Source: Oculatellaceae cyanobacterium bins.114 (GTDB lineage: Bacteria > Cyanobacteriota > Cyanobacteriia > Elainellales > Elainellaceae). Taken from it: a stretch of DNA of 28,653 nt. Shown here piece after piece: positions 1-8,985 of this stretch; within the stretch, counting starts at the first letter, position 1; every line of letters begins with the position of its first letter. The DNA lies in assembly GCA_033764315.1 (NCBI GenBank), contig JANRJA010000138.1, forward strand, positions 1-28,653. The letters run 5' to 3'. Made by a program: the position numbers and the translations under genes. The notes under the pieces were generated by a model that ran no database searches, was not told the origin of the DNA, and saw only the letters and a list, made by a program, of their open reading frames with translations.

Positions 1-135
1 ACAGTTCATGGCTCCTTATGCTGAAATCGTTACCCAATTACTTCAACTCTCACCCCACAAGTGGCAGTATTATCGCAAGGGTATGAGGGCGATGAAGCTT
101 GTCCAGTCTGCTTTGTAGCTACTCTTGTCACCCCG
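1..135 (-). mobile_element. Possible left part of an insertion sequence (or other foreign DNA) that truncates the acyl-CoA dehydrogenase; contains the start of an ORF (Met-Asn-Cys...) running off the window
   Basis: The minus strand reads AAGGAG-CC-ATG AAC TGT at 17..1. An MNC(P) start is typical of zinc-ribbon IS1/IS6-type transposases. Dehydrogenase similarity stops abruptly at 136. Only 3 codons are visible and no terminal repeat was confirmed. Confidence 0.3.
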
Positions 136-516
136 TCAGCCAAAAGAGATAAGATCTCGATTTTTGATCCTTTCTGCCAATTGCATCTTCTGTCGAATGG
201 TTCCACCAATCCAGACTGGCAGTGCTCCCAGATAAGTGACACCATGTGCTGAAACCAAAGATAATTCTCGCCGTAAAAATGTCCTTTCAAGTGATAGAAG
301 TTCTTCAAAAGATTGAAACTTTCCGCCGTATTCTTTGGGAATATAGTAGTGGTGAAAATTCCAAGCGTTAACCAGGTCAACAAATTCGTGAGGATATTCC
401 TCACACTCGTCAATTTCAACAGCTCGCTCAAATGAAAATAAGCTGTTTGAATCAAATGGATCGCCTAAATAATTTTCCAGCATTTCAGTGGTGAGATACT
501 GTTCTAATAAAGCCAT
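136..516 (-). pseudogene. Truncated acyl-CoA/acyl-ACP dehydrogenase (N-terminal ~126 aa only)
   Basis: MALLEQY...LGDPFD...YYIPKEYGG...LGALPVWIGGT..QK..LAERI....LISFG then TGA, exactly where the conserved (F/Y)(G/A)LTE FAD-binding motif should continue. ATG at 516 lies 19 nt after the FAAL stop. Confidence 0.75.
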
Positions 517-535
517 CGTCAATTGATATTTTTAC

Positions 536-2356
536 TTAAAATTTTTCTGAATACCCAACTACTTCTAACTTCCCTGATAAGAAATTTGCCTTACAGAAGT
601 ATCGTTGAACTTTACCACTGGAAGTTTTGGGGAGTGTTCCATATTTCAGCAGAATGATTTTATAAATTTTGAGATCATGATGCCTTGAAACTGCGCGCTG
701 GATGGCTTGAAAAATTTCGTTTGCAGTTAGCAAATTTTGACTTTCAGCGGCAGTATTACGAGGATGATGATCAGTGAGGTTCTTCTGTTTAAGGGACAGG
801 TAGCAAGTGCGCTCAAGTTCAGTCAAAATGACTAATTGTTCTACACCTTCTATGCTCACCGAAAACGCTGCTGATCCCGCTGGTCGAATGGTGGAATGGC
901 TTTGTTCGACAGTTTGCTCAATGTCCTGAGGATAATGGTTCCGACCATTAATGATAATGATGTCTTTTAGCCGACCTGTGACATACAACTCTCCCTTTTC
1001 AAGAAAGCCCAGATCACCTGTCCGCAAGAACGAATCCGCCTTTGAATCTACAATACGACCATCAAAAATCTTGTTTGTTTCTTGAGATTGGTTCCAATAA
1101 CCCTGAGCAACGCTGGAACCTCTCAGCCAAATTTCTCCCACTTCCATATCTTCACATTGTATTAAAGTGGCAGGATGAACAATGATGATTTCTTGATCTA
1201 GCAATGCTTTACCGCAACTTACCAACACCTGAGAACGCTCATTCGCAGAATTAGTGGGAATACATTGATTGCCCTCCAATGCCTCTAACTGCACTTCTTT
1301 AAGAGTTGGCTGTGCTTCCTTACCTCCTCCAGAAATCATTAGAGTTGCCTCTGCCATGCCATAAGAAGGGTAGAAGGCTTCTTTGCGGAAACCACAGGCT
1401 TGGAATTTTTCTGCAAAATTCTCTAGGGTTGTACTCCGCACCGTTTCACCACCATTAACAGCAACGGTCCAACAACTTAAATCAAGCGTGTCTCGTTGCT
1501 CTGTCGTCACTTTTTGTACACACAGGTCATAGGCAAAGTTTGGACCTGCGCTCGTGGTTGCTCGATAAGCGGAAATTGCCCGCAGCCAGCGATAAGGATT
1601 TTGAATAAACGTTAAGGGGGGCATTAGAGTCACCGGAAATCCTAGATAGATCGGTAGCAGTACCGCTCCCATCAATCCCATATCGTGATACAGGGGTAAC
1701 CAGGAAACACCAATGCTTTCTGACGTAACTCTAATCCCCTGCTGCATTAGGGTTGCATTGTGGAACAGATTGCCGTGACTGACCATCACCCCTTTGGGAT
1801 TACCTGTGGAACCAGAGGTGTATTGCAGAAAAGCTAGGGATTGATTACTCAGTTTTGGCGGACACCACGAGTTGAGGGTCTGTCCTGGCAAGTGATCGGT
1901 CGTAATAAACTTTAGTTTTGACAGTTCTGTCTGTTGGATTGAGCAAGCTTTGAGGTTTTCCAGGAGAGCAACTGTGGTAAGTGCAACGTCTGGGGTAGAA
2001 TCGACAATGATATGTTGCAGCCTCGTGAGGTTATGGTTAAGGCGAGGCGGATAAACTGGAACTGCAACGATCCCAGCATACAGGCACCCAAAAAAAGCAG
2101 AGATAAATTCTAATCCAGGAGGGTAGATCAGCAGGGCACGCTCTCCAGAACGAGTGACAAACTGGAGGTGACTACAGATCGCCTGTGCAGTGACATGCAG
2201 TTCCTGATAAGTTATCCTGTCCGACTCAGTTTCACCGTCCCGCAGAAAAATGAAGGCAGTTTTATCAGGTTGATGCAGCGCTCGGTAACACAGCAGTTCT
2301 ACAAAATTTGAGCAGGCTTCCTGATAGTGGTTTGCAGCATTCCAAGGTAATTCCAT
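536..2356 (-). CDS. Fatty acyl-AMP ligase (FAAL)
   Basis: Adenylation motifs FLQYTSGSTGNPKG, WLPLYHDMGL, YGMAEATL, LRTGDLG, GRLKD, LPKTSSGK. A FAAL-type insertion (..LEALEGNQCIPTNSANERSQ..) precedes LVSCG. Confidence 0.92.
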   Translation of the reverse strand: MELPWNAANHYQEACSNFVELLCYRALHQPDKTAFIFLRDGETESDRITYQELHVTAQAICSHLQFVTRSGERALLIYPPGLEFISAFFGCLYAGIVAVPVYPPRLNHNLTRLQHIIVDSTPDVALTTVALLENLKACSIQQTELSKLKFITTDHLPGQTLNSWCPPKLSNQSLAFLQYTSGSTGNPKGVMVSHGNLFHNATLMQQGIRVTSESIGVSWLPLYHDMGLMGAVLLPIYLGFPVTLMPPLTFIQNPYRWLRAISAYRATTSAGPNFAYDLCVQKVTTEQRDTLDLSCWTVAVNGGETVRSTTLENFAEKFQACGFRKEAFYPSYGMAEATLMISGGGKEAQPTLKEVQLEALEGNQCIPTNSANERSQVLVSCGKALLDQEIIIVHPATLIQCEDMEVGEIWLRGSSVAQGYWNQSQETNKIFDGRIVDSKADSFLRTGDLGFLEKGELYVTGRLKDIIIINGRNHYPQDIEQTVEQSHSTIRPAGSAAFSVSIEGVEQLVILTELERTCYLSLKQKNLTDHHPRNTAAESQNLLTANEIFQAIQRAVSRHHDLKIYKIILLKYGTLPKTSSGKVQRYFCKANFLSGKLEVVGYSEKF

Positions 2357-2368
2357 CTTTTTGGAACC

Positions 2369-3295
2369 TTAACCTTGATGCGGACGGCGTAGCTTAGACC
2401 AATTCAAAAATGGAAGCACAAGGAGTTGCAAAACTCCCATGTTCTGGTTGCTAAATGTATCAACCCCAACTTCCATCCGTTTAATCCCCATATCGGGGGC
2501 ATTTTTGTAGGTTCCAAAGAAGCGATCCCAGATGCTGAGGATAGAGCCATACACTGAGTCAGTATCCCTTGCAATACTGGAGTGATGGGTATAGTGAAGT
2601 GACGGCGTGACAAGCAGCCAGCGCAATTTTCGATCTACCGCATCAGGAATCTTGAGGTTGCTGTGAAAGAACAAGGAGGATGCGATTTGAGCCGGAGCGT
2701 AAATCGCATAGGCAAGGGGCGGTACGCCGAATAGGATGATGACTATCACTTCTGCCAGTTTGATAGTAGCTGTAATGAACGGATGTTCGCGACCGGCATT
2801 CGTCACGTCATAAACTTTGTCGTTGTGGTGAACAACATGAAAACGCCAAAGAGCAGGAACATTGTGGTGTAACACATGCACTGTATAGTGCGAGAGATCA
2901 AGGAACAAAAATGAAAGCAGCATAACTGCTGCAAAAGGCACATTAAATATGTTGAAGAGTGCCCAAGAATTCAGTTCGGCTCTATTAGCAAGTAAAACCA
3001 GATAGACGCTGACGATACCGCCCAATAATACAAGCACTAGGTTTGTCCAGACTCTCTTCTCCCAGGCGTAGGGCTTGTCTACAAAGTCACTGACAAGACG
3101 TTGCTTCTTCGTGATCCCACACGAGAAAATTTCGAGTGTGCTAAACAGAAAGAGACTACTGATGAAGGCAATGTTCGATGGACTTATGCTACCTTGTAAA
3201 GCGATGCCCAGAATTACAAAAATGAGAATGAACAGCAGGCAAATCCCCTGCTTAATCAAACGGTGCCGGAGAGTAACAAAAGTTGTAGCAACCAC
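2369..3295 (-). CDS. Sterol desaturase / fatty acid hydroxylase superfamily membrane di-iron enzyme
   Basis: Multiple hydrophobic helices and His boxes HYTVHVLHH, FHVVHH, FFHSN, HYTHH, followed by WDRFFGTY. It ends 12 nt before the FAAL start. The GTG start is uncertain. Confidence 0.85.
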   Translation of the reverse strand: MVATTFVTLRHRLIKQGICLLFILIFVILGIALQGSISPSNIAFISSLFLFSTLEIFSCGITKKQRLVSDFVDKPYAWEKRVWTNLVLVLLGGIVSVYLVLLANRAELNSWALFNIFNVPFAAVMLLSFLFLDLSHYTVHVLHHNVPALWRFHVVHHNDKVYDVTNAGREHPFITATIKLAEVIVIILFGVPPLAYAIYAPAQIASSLFFHSNLKIPDAVDRKLRWLLVTPSLHYTHHSSIARDTDSVYGSILSIWDRFFGTYKNAPDMGIKRMEVGVDTFSNQNMGVLQLLVLPFLNWSKLRRPHQG

Positions 3296-3520
3296 ACCCT
3301 GAAATTTCCTCTAAACTGTTAACACAAAATCAACGGCTCTACTCCCAAGAGGATCGCAATTATAGCTTTTATTTTTTGCTGCAAACTAATATATACCTTA
3401 TGATTATTGCTTACTAATTGTCTATGAGGGCAAATATTATTTAAACGTATAAAAAAGCGCATGAACTATAATTTCGTATTATTATGCTGTTCATAACAAA
3501 TCCAACATCAATGCATATTT

Positions 3521-3963
3521 AGCTGGATTTTACCCATTCAAGAGAGGAGGAAAGGTAGCAAGATCAGGAAAGCATGATTGGAAAGATCCTGCTGAGCTTT
3601 CTACCGAAAGAATTGATCTCCCTGACTGTAATGTTTGCCTCGCTATTTTCCAAGAGGCTGTGCTCCTCTGCTTTAGTCCTGTGGGTGGGAGCAATTCTGC
3701 CCTCTGGCAAACGAATCGTCAGCGCGATCCTACGAGTGATGGGCTTGGCGCAAAATCGAAGGTTCCAGAAGTACCATCGAGTCCTGAGCCGTGCAGTGTA
3801 GTCTACTCGTAGTGCCAGTAGATTGCTGCTTGAGCACCTGATTGACCTGTTTGCCCAAGAGGGGGTGTTAGTGATGGGCATTGATAACACGATTGAGTGA
3901 CGCCGAGGCAAGCGGATCACGGCCAAAAGGATTTATCGTGACCTGGTACGTTCCAGTGACAGT
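3521..3963 (+). mobile_element. Degenerate IS701-family transposase remnant (5' part only)
   Basis: Translation LP...FASLFSKRL....VLWVGAIL.SGKRIVSAILRVMGL....FQKYHRVLSRAV*S..ASRLLL..LI..F...GVLVMGIDNTIE*RRGKRITAKRIYRDLVRSS resembles the IS701-type DDE N-terminus. In-frame stops at 3799-3801 and 3898-3900. Candidate left end AGCTGGATTTTACCCA at 3521. Confidence 0.8.
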
Positions 3964-3966
3964 CGC

Positions 3967-4275
3967 CTGATTTTGATGGATTTGCGAATGCCGGGGTTGA
4001 GTGGTTGGGATGCGACGCGACGCATCCGATCGGAAGAGATGGATGAGCAGATACAACAGTTCAAACAAGAAGCAACGGAAAGTGCGCCGAACGCCTGTCC
4101 AACCTGACCCGTTGTCATCCTGGCAGCGACAACTCAGGTGCTGGAGGGCGATCGTAAACTTGCCCTGGCAGCGGGCTGCGATGACTACCTTAGTAAGCCA
4201 GTTTCTCTAGAACTGCTACTAAAGAAAATTGCTAAGCACTTGAACCTTACTTACGTTTATAGAGATGAGATTTGA
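3967..4275 (+). pseudogene. Remnant of a CheY-like receiver domain (C-terminal module of a hybrid histidine kinase or response regulator)
   Basis: Frame from 3967: LILMDLRMPGLSGWDATRRIR...*PVVILAATTQVLEGDRKLALAAGCDDYLSKPVSLELLLKKIAKHL..Y.Y. It has the phospho-Asp motif and the conserved KP, an internal TGA at 4105-4107, and no N-terminus. It is absent from the ORF track. Confidence 0.85.
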
Positions 4276-4549
4276 TTTATGGAAAGGCAAAATGACTGGC
4301 TTCCACACCCAATTCAGAAAACGTAGAGACGAGCTGGATGCAATCGTTAGAGATTTTGAGCCGAACAGAGCCTTTGGAGGCTTTACCAGAGGAGCTTTCA
4401 GAGTATATTGGGAAAGCCTCTGCTTGACAGTTCAAGCGTACCAAGTTCTACCTCAAAATTACCCCACTTTTTGCCCCAAACTGACCAAAAAATGCTCATT
4501 TAAAGAGCGAAGATTGGGTAAAATCCTCTCTGAAACGCTTTATTTTCGA

Positions 4550-4622
4550 TGGCTCAGGCGGGATTTGAACCTGCGACCTTGGGCTTATGAGTCCCCTGCT
4601 CTAACCACTGAGCTACTGAGCC
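4550..4622 (-). tRNA. trnM: tRNA-Met (CAT), elongator type; CCA not encoded
   Basis: GGCTCAGTAGCTCAGTGGTTAGAGCAGGGGACTCATAAGCCCAAGGTCGCAGGTTCAAATCCCGCCTGAGCCA forms a cloverleaf with anticodon CAT. The G1-C72 pair argues against initiator tRNA. Confidence 0.93.
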
Positions 4623-4738
4623 AGATGATACAAATTTTACAAAATTAGTGGGTCACCAATTTTGTCAGCTTTATTAAATTAGCATATCAACAGAGTCGAT
4701 TACCATTGTCGCTAAAAGATCTTTCCTCAAAGATGCAG

Positions 4739-4762
4739 AAAGGGAGCCAATTGGCTCCCTTT
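4739..4762. terminator. Intrinsic terminator downstream of the LysM/M23 gene
   Basis: Perfect palindrome AAAGGGAGCCAATTGGCTCCCTTT, 23 nt past the stop codon, with short T runs on both strands. Confidence 0.7.
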
Positions 4763-4785
4763 AACATAATTAACAACTCAACCCA

Positions 4786-7068
4786 TTAACGAGGTAAGTA
4801 AGCAATCGGATTGACGGTGCCTTGATTTGGCAGATGGACCTCAAAGTGCAGGTGAGGACCTGTACTGTAGCCCGTGCTACCTACAGCAGCAATCTGCTGA
4901 CCTTGCTCAACGCGTTGACCAGTCCTTACCAGATTTCGGCTGTGGTGAGCATATCGAGTCACGGTGCCGTCAGCATGGCGGATTTCCACCATATTGCCGT
5001 AGCCACCTGAGTTCCAACCTGAGAACTCAACTACACCATCAGCCGCTGCATAAACAGGAGTGCCACCAGGAGCACCAATGTCGATACCCCGGTGCATTCT
5101 ACCCCAACGCCACCCATAGCCTGAGGTCAATGTGCCTCGTGCTGGCCAAATAAAGCCATCAAAACGGGGAGAACCACTCGGCAAATAGGCGTCTGCACCC
5201 GGCAAAGGTGGCAGGTCTGGTGAGACAACTTGACCGGTAATGGGCTGCACCAACGGTGCATAGTTTTCCGAGCCTAAAGGCGCAACTGCTACGACATGGG
5301 GTTGCGTAGGAGTAGAAGGTGCTGTTTCAGCAACCACCTCTGGTTGAGAGCGGTTGACTGCGGCCACCGGACGAACCTCAGGATTTTGTGCCTCAGCCGA
5401 TTCAAGCGATCGAGGTGAGCTAAATTCTGGATTAGCCCCCGTCATATCCGCCACAGTCGTAGAAGGCACTGGAAGCAACTCTGAAGCTGCTGCAACAACA
5501 ACCGGCTCTTGGGCGTTGACCTGACCAACTTCAGTTGAGGAGTTGCCATGCTCAGTACGATAGCGATTGCGCAAATTCACAATCTCCGCCATCAGATCGT
5601 CAGTAAAAGTTGCTTGCTGAGAAGCCTCAGCCCCTTCTGGAACAATGCTTAGAGGAGTAGCTGCCACCTGCGTTTCATTTGGCACTGCTGGCACTGCATC
5701 GCCTGCTACCACAGGCTCAGATACCTCGGAGGTAATGTTGCTAGCAGACTCAGTTGGCACAGTAGGCTCACTGACAAGAACAGGGTTCACCTCAGGAGAC
5801 GATACTTGAGGCGTAGCAACAGCCGAAACCAACGCATCATTTGTAGAAACAGGCTCAATTGCATCCAAAGAGGGCGAAACTGAAGGCTTTGGAGCACTAA
5901 CCTGCTCAACAGCTGGCATAGGAATGCGTAGCACCTGACCCGCCACGATTAAGTCAGGGTTTGACAGACTATTAGCGTTCACTAATGAGACCTGAGCCAC
6001 GTTATAAACGCTTGCAATTTCTCCTAGTGTGTCGCCAGGGCTGACTCGATAAACAACCGATTCAGGGGTTCTTTCTACTGACTCAGACTGCCCTACAACA
6101 GGCTGGGTAGTATCAACCGAAAACTGACTGGTTGGAACAGTCACCGAAGATTCTGCATCAACGCTCGAAGACGTTTGCGGAATAACAATGGATTGATGAA
6201 CCCGCAGCCAATCAGGGTCACTGATATGGTTAGCAGACGCTAACACTTGCTGAGGCAATCCATAAGACAGAGCGATCGCCCCTAATGTCTCACCGGGCTT
6301 GACTTGATGAACCACCACACTAGAGGCATCAGACACTGGATTGGGAGACGTAATCTCGGCAATCGGGCGATGAGATAAAACAGATTCACCAGACGAGCTA
6401 TTCGCTGATTGCTGTACCGGCAGTTCCTCTTTGGGAGGATTTGCATTTAGCCGTTCTGACCCTTCATTTCTCAGCTCAGAGAGACTATTTCTCAGCTTAT
6501 CTCGTTCTTGCCGTAGGCGGCTCAAAGCTTGATCTCGCTCTGCTTTAACTTCGTTGTCAGAGCTAGCAGACCAACCTTGGGCTAAATCAGTGGATGAGAC
6601 CTGAGTAGAAGTTGGAATTCTCAGAACTTGTCCAACATGAATAACAGAACCAGAGGCAATGCCGTTAGCAGTTGTAATCGCCTGAACACTGACTCGATAG
6701 AGCCGAGCTAGTTGCCAGAGGGTTTGCCCGTCTTGAACAACATGTTCGATTTCAGTATTCGACGAAGTAGAAATCGTATTGGCGGAATCAACCTCTGCCA
6801 TACCAGGGAGCGTAGCAACCTGCTGAGCCAGAGGGGTCACAGCGACAGTTGACTCAGCAACAGGTTCGGCGGCAGCTGCCCCGTCATCTTGACGTGGCAA
6901 CAATAGGCTGGATGCACCCATAGATAATGCCAAACCGATCATGGCGGCAGAGGTGCGAGCCTTACGATTTACTCCTGTGGGGTTTTGCTTAGACTGTCCT
7001 GCCGTAGCCTCAACCGAGAACGGATAACAGGAAACAGGCTTAACCTTCTGCGGAAATGCTCGTTTCAA
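4786..7068 (-). CDS. nlpD: LysM-domain M23 peptidoglycan DD-metalloendopeptidase (NlpD-like)
   Basis: Three LysM repeats (HVVQDGQTLWQLA, HQVKPGETLGAIA, YRVSPGDTLGEIA) and a C-terminal M23 domain with intact HRGID and PHLHFE zinc motifs. Start reassigned to TTG at 7068 (MKRAFPQK), which follows AGGAGG at 7081-7076. Confidence 0.9.
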   Translation of the reverse strand: MKRAFPQKVKPVSCYPFSVEATAGQSKQNPTGVNRKARTSAAMIGLALSMGASSLLLPRQDDGAAAAEPVAESTVAVTPLAQQVATLPGMAEVDSANTISTSSNTEIEHVVQDGQTLWQLARLYRVSVQAITTANGIASGSVIHVGQVLRIPTSTQVSSTDLAQGWSASSDNEVKAERDQALSRLRQERDKLRNSLSELRNEGSERLNANPPKEELPVQQSANSSSGESVLSHRPIAEITSPNPVSDASSVVVHQVKPGETLGAIALSYGLPQQVLASANHISDPDWLRVHQSIVIPQTSSSVDAESSVTVPTSQFSVDTTQPVVGQSESVERTPESVVYRVSPGDTLGEIASVYNVAQVSLVNANSLSNPDLIVAGQVLRIPMPAVEQVSAPKPSVSPSLDAIEPVSTNDALVSAVATPQVSSPEVNPVLVSEPTVPTESASNITSEVSEPVVAGDAVPAVPNETQVAATPLSIVPEGAEASQQATFTDDLMAEIVNLRNRYRTEHGNSSTEVGQVNAQEPVVVAAASELLPVPSTTVADMTGANPEFSSPRSLESAEAQNPEVRPVAAVNRSQPEVVAETAPSTPTQPHVVAVAPLGSENYAPLVQPITGQVVSPDLPPLPGADAYLPSGSPRFDGFIWPARGTLTSGYGWRWGRMHRGIDIGAPGGTPVYAAADGVVEFSGWNSGGYGNMVEIRHADGTVTRYAHHSRNLVRTGQRVEQGQQIAAVGSTGYSTGPHLHFEVHLPNQGTVNPIAYLPR

Positions 7069-7189
7069 AGAACGACCTCCTAATGAGCAGCGTTTAACTG
7101 TCCTTGAGTCACTCAATCTATCACCAGTCAATGATACAAATCACAAGGCAATGAGACTAAGATCACCGACAGCGTCGTATGACTAGGTA

Positions 7190-7218
7190 AGATTACCCTG
7201 CTTCTTTGACTTAAACAA
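7190..7218 (-). promoter_or_regulatory. Putative sigma70-type promoter of nlpD
   Basis: Minus strand TTGTTT - 17 nt - TAATCT, predicting a 5' UTR of about 115 nt. Confidence 0.45.
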
Positions 7219-8252
7219 GCTTACACCAGTCAAAAAAAATTTCAATACCGTATCTTTAGGGAAAACTAATCACTTGAAAAAGTTGCAGCTATGTTGCTCA
7301 ACAACAATGCACCAATAAAAGCGAATAATCATCACGGGCTTAGTGTACCCCAGTCGAAGTGAAATGTAATCGAGCAAAACTTCACTAAACCAATTCGCTT
7401 CAGTAAGAAAATTAAATCACCCGACTTTTTCTAATCTTTCATAGCCTTGGTCAAAGCTCCGGAACCTTTGCTGCACATTCACTGAACTTAATGGGATACA
7501 TCCCAATTTGCTTTTAGCGCAGCCGTTTCACCCCCTCCATCACTAACAGCACACTAGTCAAGAATGAATCTCAAACCCGTCAAATCTAGCACATACCTTC
7601 GTATTAGCTAGAAAACCTTTAATCGCCTTCAATGCCGCTCTGAGGGCAAAGAAATCGGACAGGTGAAATTTGAGGACAGTTTCAAAAATCAGTATTTTTT
7701 TATAGAAATTTCTTATAGGAACCAATATACTTTGGTAGTCTATAACACTGAATCCCGCACTCATTTCTCAAGGGATGATTGGCAGCCTTATAGATAAATT
7801 GGCGGGTGCGATCGCCCAAAAATCATCTTTCAATGAGTTATTAATCGTGCTTCATCCAGCGACAACCCCATATCTATCAATGTGTATATAGGGATGAAGT
7901 ACTTAAAAACCGAGTTCAGTATCAGATTCATGACTTGTCTAAAGGCTTAGGCAGACTGTTGGGTTTCATGCTTTCAACCAACTTACGCGATCTTCTGTGG
8001 AATGGTGTTTGTGCAATCCTCTGTTGGAGAACTAGATTAAACAGGGCAACCCCTAACCTATTCCTATTAATTAGCAAGTCAGGCGCTGCTGCACACAGGT
8101 TTGCTTTGGAGACGCTGATCATTACAGCAGAGGCATTTTGCGAGATAGTTTGACGAAACTCATCCATTCAATTCGCAATGCCGCAAGTTATAACATCAGA
8201 TGGGGTCATTCGCTGACTCTGTTTAAATCAGGTTGTTGAAGTAGCATCCCAA

Positions 8253-8735
8253 CTAAGTCAACCGAGAGGGCACATTGGCAAACGTCCCAAGTTGACGATG
8301 AGCTTCAAACAAACCGACTGCAACACTAACAGAAAGGTTGAGACTACGAACTCCTGATTGCATCATCGGAATGTAGAGCGTGTGATGACAACGGCTCAAG
8401 ACATCGGGAGGCAATCCCGTCGTTTCACAACCAAATAGTAACCAATCGGTCGGTTGAAATTGAAATTGTATATAACTGCAAGTTCCTGAAGTGCTGAAAC
8501 CGATCCACCGCCCCGCTTGCGCTTGATAAAAGGTTTGAAAATCTTCAAAGGAGGGGTGATAGTGCAGTTTGACATACTCCCAATAGTCAAGACCTGCCCG
8601 TTTAAGATAGCGATCGCTAATTTCAAAGCCTAAAGGACCCACCAGATGTAGCTCTGTCTCTGTTGCAGCGCAGGTTCGGGCGATATTACCAGTATTGGGG
8701 GGAATTTGTGGATGAACAAGAACCACATGAGGCAT
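8253..8735 (-). CDS. trmL: tRNA (cytidine/uridine(34)-2'-O)-methyltransferase
   Basis: SPOUT motifs PQIPPNTGNIARTCAAT, LKRAGLDYW, LFGCETTGLP, RSLNLS. Confidence 0.95.
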   Translation of the reverse strand: MPHVVLVHPQIPPNTGNIARTCAATETELHLVGPLGFEISDRYLKRAGLDYWEYVKLHYHPSFEDFQTFYQAQAGRWIGFSTSGTCSYIQFQFQPTDWLLFGCETTGLPPDVLSRCHHTLYIPMMQSGVRSLNLSVSVAVGLFEAHRQLGTFANVPSRLT

Positions 8736-8985
8736 GGCGTTGAATGATAAGAAATTAGAATGAATGAATGATTAATGACGCAGTCCAAGAGGGAAATTAT
8801 ATAGTTTTTCTTTATCAGTTGTTTTTACATCAAGGAATTTTAGGATTTGGATCTCTGTCAAGTGAGATCGTTCATAGCGAACTACTGGCTCAAACCCTTG
8901 AATGGTGTAGCATCAACTGCTCTTTACAAATCTTCCCTATGATTTGCATGATTTCCATAGAAATCTTCTATGGTTTTTAGCTGGT

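Noticed and set aside
30..455. 141-aa ORF and other short ORFs overlapping the acyl-CoA dehydrogenase
   Set aside because: They are alternative frames of a recognisable gene and carry no motifs.
4550..4622. Mismatches in the tRNA-Met anticodon and T stems suggesting a pseudo-tRNA or att fragment
   Set aside because: The gene is full length with a perfect acceptor stem, and similar mismatches are, to my recollection, normal for cyanobacterial elongator tRNA-Met.
4265..4648. 127-aa plus-strand ORF as a possible integrase remnant
   Set aside because: It runs antisense through tRNA-Met and shows no tyrosine-recombinase catalytic motifs.
7558..8167. Small ORFs (68-79 aa) in the trmL-nlpD spacer
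   Set aside because: They have no SD or recognisable motifs and overlap on opposite strands, so they are likely spurious.
8955..8978. Hairpin CCATAGAA-atc-TTCTATGG after gshA
   Set aside because: The stem is AT-rich and the T-tract is on the strand opposite gshA, too weak to call a terminator.
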